DNA of 64,000 nucleotides from Candidatus Dojkabacteria bacterium. Its GTDB lineage: Bacteria > Patescibacteriota > Dojkabacteria > J137. This document shows positions 56,459-64,000 of this stretch, in pieces (positions within the stretch are counted from its first letter, which is position 1; each line of letters starts with the position of its first letter). The stretch lies in the NCBI GenBank assembly GCA_040006935.1, contig JBDTVZ010000001.1:167772-231771 (forward strand), read 5' to 3'. A model generated the notes under the pieces. The model saw only the letters and a program-made list of their open reading frames with translations, did no database searches and was not told where the DNA came from. The position numbers and the translations under genes are program-made.

Positions 56459-56854
56459 ATGAGTTATCAAATCAATATATTAGAGAAAACTAAATTAAAC
56501 GAATTTTTTCGTGAAGTTTTATTTACGGGAGCTAAAAGTCAACTTGTAGTAATGTGTATAGAACCAGGTGGAGATATTGGAGAAGAAACTCATCCTCATG
56601 TTGAACAGATTCTATTTAACCTTTCTGGTATTGGTAAAGTAATTTTAGACGGAGTTGAAAGTGAATTTAAACCAGGAGACGTTGTAGTTGTAACTCCTGG
56701 AACAAAACATAACTTTATAAATACAGGAACGGAAAAGTTAAAAATATATACAATCTATACACCTGCCAACCATATTGATGGAACAATACATAAAACTAAA
56801 GCAGATGCTGTTGCGGATGTAAAAGACGAAGAATTTGGAAATAAAGTTGCGTAA
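56459..56854 (+). CDS. Cupin domain protein (soluble paralog of 31372..31896, ~75% aa identity over the cupin core)
   Basis: EETHPHVEQILFNLSGIGKVILDG...GDVVVVTPGTKHNFINTG is nearly colinear with the 31.4-kb copy. Confidence 0.7.
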   Translation: MSYQINILEKTKLNEFFREVLFTGAKSQLVVMCIEPGGDIGEETHPHVEQILFNLSGIGKVILDGVESEFKPGDVVVVTPGTKHNFINTGTEKLKIYTIYTPANHIDGTIHKTKADAVADVKDEEFGNKVA

Positions 56855-56872
56855 TTATTTATAAATTAAATT

Positions 56873-57889
56873 ATGAAAGCATTACAGTATTTAGGTCCTA
56901 AACATTTAGAATTTATTGAAATTCCAAAACCCAAAATTAAAAGTGACGAAATCCTAATGAAAACTAAAAAAGTTGGTATTTGTGGTACTGATTTGCATAT
57001 TTATAGTGGAGCTATGGATTTGAAAACCCCACTAATTCCCGGTCATGAATTTGTTGGTGACGTGGCAGAAGTAGGTTCTGATGTTCAGAACTTCAAAATA
57101 GGAGATCGTATAGTTGCAGAACATGTTATTGGATGCGGAGTTTGTGCTTATTGTAAAGAAGGTAGAAAGAATTTATGCGAAAATCCCACAATCATTGGTC
57201 TTAATAAGCAAGGTGCATTTGCAGAATATGTAGCTTTACCTGCCGATCTTGTATATAAATTACCCGATTCTGTAGATTATGATCATGGAGTACTAGTAGA
57301 GCCTTTATCTGTTGCACTTTATGGAGTTATAAAATCTGGAGTAGGCATTGGAGACAAAGCTTTAGTCATAGGTCAAGGTCCAATAGGAATTTTCCTTGAT
57401 CAAGTTTTGCTATCTACAGGTGCAGAAGTTTATGCAGCAGATATTGTAGATAACAGACTAAAATTTGTGAAAGAAAATAATTTTGTAATTGAGAGTTTTA
57501 ATTCTAAAGATTCTGACTTTATTATGAATTTTAAAAAAGCGGTAGGGAATTTAGGAGTAGACTTTGTATTTGAAGCCGTAGGAATAGAAGCGACTGCAGA
57601 GCTTGCTATTAATACTGTAAAAAGTGGAGGAAAAGTTATGTTCCTTGGTGTATTTGAACATAAAGTAAATTTGTCTCTAATGAAAGTTGTTAGGAACGAA
57701 ATTGATATTAGTGGATCATGGACTTCTTTAAATACTTTTGGACCTACAATCGAATTATTAGAAAATAAAAAAATTACTACGGATAAATTCATTACACATC
57801 GGTATAAATTTGAAGATGCAATAAAAGCATTCGAGGATTCTGCAGAATATTCCGACAATAGAATTAAGACTATTATTGAATTTAGTTAA
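56873..57889 (+). CDS. Zn-dependent alcohol dehydrogenase (MDR superfamily, threonine/sorbitol dehydrogenase-like)
   Basis: GHEFVGDVAEVGSDV, structural-Zn Cys cluster GCGVCAYCKEGRKNLC, Rossmann VIGQGPIGIF. Confidence 0.85.
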   Translation: MKALQYLGPKHLEFIEIPKPKIKSDEILMKTKKVGICGTDLHIYSGAMDLKTPLIPGHEFVGDVAEVGSDVQNFKIGDRIVAEHVIGCGVCAYCKEGRKNLCENPTIIGLNKQGAFAEYVALPADLVYKLPDSVDYDHGVLVEPLSVALYGVIKSGVGIGDKALVIGQGPIGIFLDQVLLSTGAEVYAADIVDNRLKFVKENNFVIESFNSKDSDFIMNFKKAVGNLGVDFVFEAVGIEATAELAINTVKSGGKVMFLGVFEHKVNLSLMKVVRNEIDISGSWTSLNTFGPTIELLENKKITTDKFITHRYKFEDAIKAFEDSAEYSDNRIKTIIEFS

Positions 57890-58899
57890 ATATTAAATAC
57901 CGGTTGAATTAAACCTAGTGCAGCTAATGCAGCTACGAAGTTAAATATTGCAAAGAAAATAATTATAAAACCTGAGGTTTTAAAAAATAGTCCCGATTGT
58001 AATCCTTTTGAAAGTTTTGTAGAAGCTAAACTAATTAGAGCAAGAATTGGAAATGTTCCTAATGCGAAAACTAACATGGTAATTGCTCCATTAATAAAAC
58101 TACCCGTGGTTAAAGAATAAAGCTGCATTGATTGTGTAAATCCACATGGTAAAAAAAATGTGACAGCTCCGAGTAAAACCGGAGTTAAGAAATTATTAGT
58201 TTCGCTTACTTGCATTGCTCTTTTTCCAATGAACTTAGGCATTCGAAGTTGAAATTTTTTTGTTATTGAAAATACTTCAAGCAAGTTAATTGCCATAATT
58301 AACATGACAATAAAGAGAATGAAGTTGAGTAGAAATGAAATAAATGGTGTTAAAACAAATGCAGAGCCTATTAATCCAATCACTCCGCCGAGAATAAAAA
58401 ACCCAACTATTCTAGATACATGAAAAAGCATCATCGGTCTAACTTGTTCTTCTTTTGCGTAATTAGAGGAGAGTGATAAAACTAATCCCCCCACAACAGC
58501 CATGCAAGTTGATAGTGATGCGATAATGCCAATTAGAAAAATAAACGGCAACGTAATTTGTCCACTCGAAGTAAGTTCAATTAATCCAGTCTTCTGTAAT
58601 AATAAAAACGCTGTGAAGAATGCTAAAGCTATTGCAAATCCAATTACTAAATCTTTTTTTTGGTCTTTTTTTACAACTTCCTTATCTTTCAAAATTTTAT
58701 ACCCTTCTTTTGCCACAAGCTTACTTAATTCCACTGGATCTAAATCTTTGTCAGTTTGAATATAAACTTTGCCTTCATCTAACTTAGCATCAACTTTTTT
58801 TACGCCGTCAAATTTTGAGAGATTTCTTTCGATAAGTAATTCGCAAGCTGCGCAATGCATTCCTTCTACATAAAATTCACAAGATGTTAATTTTTCCAT
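57886..58899 (-). CDS. HMA-domain plus DsbD_2/CcdA-like transmembrane protein (copper-associated permease/thiol-disulfide membrane protein)
   Basis: N-terminal HMA GMHCAACE. The TM core has paired Cys in helices (LSTCMAVVGG, FFLPCGFTQ), typical of the cytochrome-c-biogenesis/DsbD TM family. Overlaps the ADH stop by 4 nt on the opposite strand. Confidence 0.6.
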   Translation of the reverse strand: MEKLTSCEFYVEGMHCAACELLIERNLSKFDGVKKVDAKLDEGKVYIQTDKDLDPVELSKLVAKEGYKILKDKEVVKKDQKKDLVIGFAIALAFFTAFLLLQKTGLIELTSSGQITLPFIFLIGIIASLSTCMAVVGGLVLSLSSNYAKEEQVRPMMLFHVSRIVGFFILGGVIGLIGSAFVLTPFISFLLNFILFIVMLIMAINLLEVFSITKKFQLRMPKFIGKRAMQVSETNNFLTPVLLGAVTFFLPCGFTQSMQLYSLTTGSFINGAITMLVFALGTFPILALISLASTKLSKGLQSGLFFKTSGFIIIFFAIFNFVAALAALGLIQPVFNI

Positions 58900-58900
58900 A

Positions 58901-61273
58901 TTAAAGTTTTTTAAATTTTAATCTTAACGAATTTGCTACAACAGTAACACTACTGAAAGCCATTGCCAAACCTGCAAATGCAGGATTTAATAATACTCCA
59001 AAGAATGGATAAAATAATCCCGCTGCGAGTGGTATTCCAACAATATTATACGAAAATGCCCAAAATAAATTTTGTTTTATTGCATTCATTGTAAATCTAG
59101 AAAGCTTAATTGCTTGTACTACTTTCGAGAAATCACCTTTTAACAAAGTTATTTGTGCAGATTCAATTGCCACATCAGTTCCAGTTCCCATTGCAATACC
59201 AATGTCTGCCTGTGCTAATGCTGGAGCATCATTTACGCCATCTCCTATCATTGCAACTATATTTCCTTTAGATTGTAAATCCTTTATTTTATTTGCTTTG
59301 TCTTGCGGCAATACCTCTGCAATAACCTCATCTATTCCTGCAAGTGAAGCAATATATTTTGCTGTTCTTTCGTTATCACCTGTTAACATTATCACTTTTA
59401 AACCTAGTTTGTGAAGTTGCTCAACAGTTTGTTTAGCATTTTCTTTTAATTTATCTGCGATGGCAACTATTGCAATGATTTCTTTTTCGTTAGAAAGGAA
59501 CACTGGAGTTTTGCCTTCGCCTGTTAGTTCATCAATTTGGATTCTATCAAAATTGATTTTTAGATCTTCTAAAAGTTTTAAATTTCCAGCATACAGTAAT
59601 TGATTTTTGAGATCTTGGATTTTACCTTTTAAACCTTTTCCTTCTATAATTTCAAAATTATCAACCTTATATAATTCAATATTTTCTTCTTTTGCTTTAG
59701 CAACAATTGCTTCTGCAATTGGATGTTCGGAATTTTTTTCTAAAGATGCAAGGATTTTTAAAACTTCCTTTTCGTCTAATTGAGTTAAAATTTTTATTTC
59801 TGTAACTTCTGGCTTACCATTTGTAATTGTCCCAGTTTTATCTGTAACGATTGTATTTACTTTATGGAATTTTTCTAGACTTTCGGCGTCTTTAATTAAT
59901 ATTCCATTTTTTGCACCTATTCCTGTTCCTACAATTATAGCTGTTGGTGTTGCGAGTCCTAATGCGCATGGGCAAGCGATTACTAGAACTCCCACAAAGC
60001 AAGTTATAGCAATGGATAAGGCTTGTGGAAAGGACATAAATTGTGAACCTATAACTAGCCAGCCAAGTAGAGTGATGATAGAAATTATTAGGACTGCTGG
60101 GACAAAAATTCCAGAAATTTGATCTGCGAGTTTTTGAATAGGAGCTCGGCTTCCTTGTGCTTCATCTACCATTTTAATAATATGTGCGAGCAATGTTTCG
60201 GAACCAACTTTTGTTGCTTTAAATTTAAAAGCTCCTTGTTTATTTATAGTTCCACCGATAACGTTATCGTTAATTACTTTATCTATTGGTAGGGATTCTC
60301 CAGTAATCATACTTTCATCCACTGTAGACTTTCCTTCGATAATTACTCCATCAACTGGAATTTTACTTCCTGGTTTTACAATAATAATATCTCCCGTTTT
60401 TACTTCGCTAATTTCTATTTCTATTTCCTTACCATCTCTTTCTATTACTGCTGTTTTAGCTTGGAGATTTAGCAACTTTTCAATTGCTTCTCCTGTTTGT
60501 AGCTTTGACTTTGTTTCTAAATATTTTCCATAGTAAACGAATCCCACAACTACTATAGTTACATCAAAATATGTATGCATTGGTAAACCTAAATTTTCGA
60601 CTAATTTAGGAAGTAGAACCACAAATGTACTGTACACATAGGCAGTTAATGTTCCAATCCCCACTAAGGTATACATTGTGGAAACTCTGTATTTTATAAA
60701 TATTAAAATCTCTTTTAAAAAAGGATAGCCTATCCAAAATAGCGTAATAGTGGAGATAATTAATAGGATTGGATTATAAATTTCGTCTGCGATAAAAAAT
60801 TTTGGTAAGTCTGAAATTGCTTGAGATAGAATTTGCCAAATCATGAAAAGGAATACAACTATTGTTATTGGCATTATGAATGTCACTTTGTTTTTTTGCT
60901 GAGCAAGTTCTTTTAATTTATCTTCTTTGCTTTGGTTTAAACCTAAGTGTTCAGAGTGATCCATTCCAGACATATCTTCGTCTGATCCTTTCATTTCGTG
61001 ATCCATCATCATAGCCCCATCTGACATTTTGTGCATTGCATGCTTAGAGTGATCCTGAGAAGTATTTTTTATTAGAGAATATCCTAGTGGCTCTATTTTT
61101 TTACTCATTTGTTCTATGCTAGTCTTAGTTGAATCAAATTCTATCTTGGCTTTTTCATTTCCATAATTAACTTCACAGTTAATAACTCCATCGATTTTTT
61201 TGAGTGTTTTTTCAATTGTTATCGAACAACTAGCGCAATCCATTCCCTTCACTGGCAAAGTTACTTTTTCCAT
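58901..61273 (-). CDS. copA: Copper-translocating P1B-type ATPase
   Basis: N-terminal HMA GMDCASCS, Met/His-rich linker, TM CPC motif (IACPCALGLATP), DKTGTIT phosphorylation site, GDGVNDAPAL hinge. Confidence 0.9.
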   Translation of the reverse strand: MEKVTLPVKGMDCASCSITIEKTLKKIDGVINCEVNYGNEKAKIEFDSTKTSIEQMSKKIEPLGYSLIKNTSQDHSKHAMHKMSDGAMMMDHEMKGSDEDMSGMDHSEHLGLNQSKEDKLKELAQQKNKVTFIMPITIVVFLFMIWQILSQAISDLPKFFIADEIYNPILLIISTITLFWIGYPFLKEILIFIKYRVSTMYTLVGIGTLTAYVYSTFVVLLPKLVENLGLPMHTYFDVTIVVVGFVYYGKYLETKSKLQTGEAIEKLLNLQAKTAVIERDGKEIEIEISEVKTGDIIIVKPGSKIPVDGVIIEGKSTVDESMITGESLPIDKVINDNVIGGTINKQGAFKFKATKVGSETLLAHIIKMVDEAQGSRAPIQKLADQISGIFVPAVLIISIITLLGWLVIGSQFMSFPQALSIAITCFVGVLVIACPCALGLATPTAIIVGTGIGAKNGILIKDAESLEKFHKVNTIVTDKTGTITNGKPEVTEIKILTQLDEKEVLKILASLEKNSEHPIAEAIVAKAKEENIELYKVDNFEIIEGKGLKGKIQDLKNQLLYAGNLKLLEDLKINFDRIQIDELTGEGKTPVFLSNEKEIIAIVAIADKLKENAKQTVEQLHKLGLKVIMLTGDNERTAKYIASLAGIDEVIAEVLPQDKANKIKDLQSKGNIVAMIGDGVNDAPALAQADIGIAMGTGTDVAIESAQITLLKGDFSKVVQAIKLSRFTMNAIKQNLFWAFSYNIVGIPLAAGLFYPFFGVLLNPAFAGLAMAFSSVTVVANSLRLKFKKL

Positions 61274-61281
61274 ATTGGTTT

Positions 61282-61512
61282 TTATAACTTAATTAAGTTT
61301 GAGTATTCGTATTTTTCTAGAGTTGTTTTAAAAACTAAATCTAATTTTTTTATAAGGATTTCGTCTGCATCAGTAGCTAGGAAGTTAGCTTTATTATTGA
61401 GTGGGTCAACACTAACTTCAAGAAGATTTATATCATCTTCTAGGACTAGTTTTATGAGGTTTACGCAACCAGTGCAATGAATTCCTTTTATATCAATACT
61501 AAATTTATTCAT
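61282..61512 (-). CDS. copZ: Small HMA-like copper chaperone (CopZ-like)
   Basis: 76 aa with GIHCTGC metal-binding CxxC in a ferredoxin-like fold context. Confidence 0.6.
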   Translation of the reverse strand: MNKFSIDIKGIHCTGCVNLIKLVLEDDINLLEVSVDPLNNKANFLATDADEILIKKLDLVFKTTLEKYEYSNLIKL

Positions 61513-61910
61513 GAAAATTTAATTTTAAAACTATACATTCCCATTGAGCAAACTCCTGTAATTTCGGTTCCAGGTGCGTGTGCCCCTAAAGCTATATCTG
61601 TATTTCCATTTGATGGGAGTAATTTTGTAAGGTTCATGGAAGGTATTCTTAAACTAGAGCTGCAATCAAAAGTATTATTTGTTGTAACTCGTAAAATTGT
61701 ATTTTCGTTTGCTTTGGCTGTAATTACATTTGGAGAGTAGCCACCCTTTGCTTTAATAGTTACAATTTGATTATCACCTTCAATTATTGATGTGCTTCCT
61801 GCAACAGATGACGAATTTCGATTTGTGATTGTTAAGTAAGCAATGATACTTATAGTTACCACAACGACAAAAATTCCTAAGCTTTTAAGTGTTCCTTTAT
61901 CTATTTCCAT
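61509..61910 (-). CDS. Membrane-anchored cupredoxin-like copper-binding protein (PF13473-like)
   Basis: N-terminal TM, then GGYSPNVITAKANENTILRVTTNN...GAHAPGTEITGVCSMGMYSFKIKF (His...Cys-x-Met-x-Met cupredoxin-like ligand set). Confidence 0.55.
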   Translation of the reverse strand: MEIDKGTLKSLGIFVVVVTISIIAYLTITNRNSSSVAGSTSIIEGDNQIVTIKAKGGYSPNVITAKANENTILRVTTNNTFDCSSSLRIPSMNLTKLLPSNGNTDIALGAHAPGTEITGVCSMGMYSFKIKFS

Positions 61911-61927
61911 TTTATAGAATCTAATAA

Positions 61928-62197
61928 TTATTTTAAGTCAAATATCTTTACTAATTCATTTATAGCCTTGTGTTTATCTTCTTTCAATTTATCTTCTAAA
62001 CAATGGTCCAAATGACCAATCAATAGAGTTTTTTTTGAAGATTTTAATAAACCAATTGCAGCATCAACCTGCTGAATAATGCCTGGGCAGTATTTATCTT
62101 CTTCTACCATTTTGAGGATTTTATTTATAATTCCCTGAGATTTTTTTACAGAAATAGAAGCTTTTTTCTTGTTTGCAATATGTTCGCTATCTGTCAT
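61928..62197 (-). CDS. csoR: CsoR/RcnR-family metal-sensing transcriptional repressor
   Basis: 89 aa. Ligand signature YCPGIIQQ...GHLDHC (Cys-x...His-x-x-x-Cys) of CsoR-type Cu(I) sensors. Heads the copper operon. Confidence 0.75.
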   Translation of the reverse strand: MTDSEHIANKKKASISVKKSQGIINKILKMVEEDKYCPGIIQQVDAAIGLLKSSKKTLLIGHLDHCLEDKLKEDKHKAINELVKIFDLK

Positions 62198-62359
62198 AGA
62201 ATGTTTTTAATAATTTAACCTACACCTAGGGTAGAGGTTATACTGGTTTTCAAAAGATGTCAAGATTTGAAAAAAAAGAATAGCTAGAAATTTATTAACC
62301 CAGATGGATTGACTTCTCCTAACATAGTATATATCCTTAAAGTAGCACTTAATTTGACT

Positions 62360-64000
62360 ATGAAAAGATCTATTTATAAACTTGCCCTCGGAGCAATAGT
62401 TATTGTTGCCTCCTTATCACTAATACCTGCGAAACTATTTGCAGTTGATGTCAGTACTGTTTCTAATATTGATTTCCCAGGCAATCCTGGCGATACTTTA
62501 AGCCTTGTTGCATCTGGGGATGTTAACGGAGATTCTATTCAGGACTTAGTCTTTCAATCGTACTCTGGTAATGGTACTTTGTATATTATTTTTGGTACCT
62601 CAAGTCAAACACTAGGAACAAGACCGATTGCTACCGCTTCAAATTACAATATTAGGCTCGACGGAGGTGCTATAGACTTTCTATTAGGAATAAAAGTTGC
62701 AGATGTTAATGGTGATGGTCTGGGAGATTTGATTATCAACTCCCCTGATTCTGAATATAATGGACCCAGCTCTGGCGCAATTTACATACTTTTCTCTACA
62801 TTTATAGATGATTTTGGTACTTCCACAGGTAACAACTTAAGCTTAGATACTCCGGCTGATTATAATATTCGTTTTGATGGAGCTGCTAATGATTTTATTG
62901 AGGGTCAAGTAATTGGTGATATTAACTCTGATGGAGACAATGATATGCTGATTGGGGCAATTGACGCTACTTATGGCGGAACCACCTCTGGCTCAATTTA
63001 TGCAGTTTTGTCCACATTAATAGACGATTACAATGGGACAAATGGGAATAATTTAGATTTCTCTACATCTACAAATTACAATATTAGATACGATTCAAGA
63101 ATAGATGGGAATGCCGGTTTAGAAAGAAGCATCGCAATAGGTGACATTAATGGAGATAGTTTGAATGACATATCAATAGGAGCATTTCTTTCAGATATAA
63201 ATGGTTCAGATTCTGGAGAAACTTTCATAATTTTTTCTAACCTAATTACGGCATACGGCGCCAGTACAGGAAATATTGTAGATCTGACTAATACTTCCAA
63301 TTACAATATTGATTACCGTGGAGATGCTTCTCCTGCTGATAGTTCTCAACTAGGCTATGCAACTTTTATTGGAGATGTCGATGGGGATAGTAAAGGAGAT
63401 TTGATAATTTATTCGCACAATTGGATTTACGTATTTGCTTCAACCTTAATAGATAATTATGTATCTACAGGAAATAATGTGATCGCGTCCACTGGTAGTA
63501 ATTTTAATTTAGAAATTCAATCTGATGGTGTTTTAAATGATTTCTATGATGATGGATTTTCAATTATTCATGATGTAAATGGTGATGGATTAAATGATTT
63601 ATCAATTTCTGCTGCACTTTCAGATAATAATGGTGTCGATTCTGGATCTGTTTTTATATTATTTTCTAGTTTAATAGATAATTACACAGGTGGCACGGGG
63701 AATATTTTAAATATTGCAATAAGTTCTAGCTTTAATATTAGATATGATGGTGAAAATGGAAGTGTTACCGGTTTATCGGGGAAACCTAATACTGTAGGTG
63801 ATGTAAATACTGATGGGAAAGATGACTTGCTAATGTTTGGTTATCAAGCTGATACTAATGGTACTGATTCAGGTGCGATTTATGAGAATTATTCCACTTT
63901 AATTGATGATGCAGGCACTTCGACTGGCAATGTGTTCAATTTAGCAAATAGTTCGAGTTATTCGCAAAGATTTGATGGTGCAGCAGGTGGTGACTTGATT
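62360..64000 (+). CDS. Secreted FG-GAP/integrin-alpha-like repeat protein, 3'-partial (runs off window end)
   Basis: Signal peptide (LALGAIVIVASLSLIPAKLFA), then >=8 repeats of ...NYNIR(F/Y)DG...GD(V/I)NGDG..D(L/M)(I/L)IG...SG..Y(I/V)(L/F)(F/L)S. D-x-N-x-D-G Ca-binding loops. Open frame with no stop to position 64000. Absent from the supplied ORF track because it has no stop in the window. Confidence 0.75.
   Translation, partial: MKRSIYKLALGAIVIVASLSLIPAKLFAVDVSTVSNIDFPGNPGDTLSLVASGDVNGDSIQDLVFQSYSGNGTLYIIFGTSSQTLGTRPIATASNYNIRLDGGAIDFLLGIKVADVNGDGLGDLIINSPDSEYNGPSSGAIYILFSTFIDDFGTSTGNNLSLDTPADYNIRFDGAANDFIEGQVIGDINSDGDNDMLIGAIDATYGGTTSGSIYAVLSTLIDDYNGTNGNNLDFSTSTNYNIRYDSRIDGNAGLERSIAIGDINGDSLNDISIGAFLSDINGSDSGETFIIFSNLITAYGASTGNIVDLTNTSNYNIDYRGDASPADSSQLGYATFIGDVDGDSKGDLIIYSHNWIYVFASTLIDNYVSTGNNVIASTGSNFNLEIQSDGVLNDFYDDGFSIIHDVNGDGLNDLSISAALSDNNGVDSGSVFILFSSLIDNYTGGTGNILNIAISSSFNIRYDGENGSVTGLSGKPNTVGDVNTDGKDDLLMFGYQADTNGTDSGAIYENYSTLIDDAGTSTGNVFNLANSSSYSQRFDGAAGGDLI

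Noticed and set aside
63076-63300. 74-aa minus-strand ORF near the window end
   Set aside because: It lies antisense within the uninterrupted FG-GAP repeat reading frame, with no supporting features.
1-64000. CRISPR arrays, rRNA genes, prophage structural modules, integrase or recombinase genes
   Set aside because: No regularly spaced short direct repeats, no rRNA-like conserved segments, and no recognisable tyrosine/serine recombinase, capsid, terminase or tail genes were found in the window.

Overview
Low-GC (~32-35%) bacterial chromosomal window, standard genetic code, gene-dense on both strands. Giant surface proteins, a short DnaE and minimal metabolism suggest an uncultivated Patescibacteria/CPR-like organism, but this is inference. 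Contents in order: partial Bcp peroxiredoxin, ASCH protein, an IS200/RAYT-like Y1 transposase homologue, dnaE, a GIY-YIG nuclease followed by a GC-anomalous small ORF, and a LysM-M23 peptidase. Then a degenerate tRNA-like element plus tRNA-Arg(TCT), a 1139-aa orphan protein, EamA transporter, CreD-like membrane protein, SAM methyltransferase, a zinc-ribbon protein and tRNA-His(GTG). Upstream (5' side) of tRNA-His lies an accessory island (~15.0-21.4 kb) punctuated by four copies of a palindromic repeat (GGTTCAAGTT-N3-44-AACTTGAACCAACGCGAG) sitting exactly at gene-module junctions. The island carries an SDH/S49-like peptidase, a complete BamHI-family type II R-M system with a controller protein and C-box, a sulfotransferase fragment truncated at a repeat, a HAD hydrolase, a 2H phosphoesterase and a Fic protein. 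This is followed by assorted small stress and unknown-function genes, a PAS histidine kinase, and a ~25 kb surface-adhesin locus of two giant ORFs (4375 and 1810 aa) bracketed by paralogous cupin genes. The window ends with an ABC transporter plus two LiaF-like proteins, a Zn-ADH, a csoR-cupredoxin-copZ-copA-HMA copper operon and a partial FG-GAP repeat protein. No rRNA, CRISPR array, integrase or reverse transcriptase was found.
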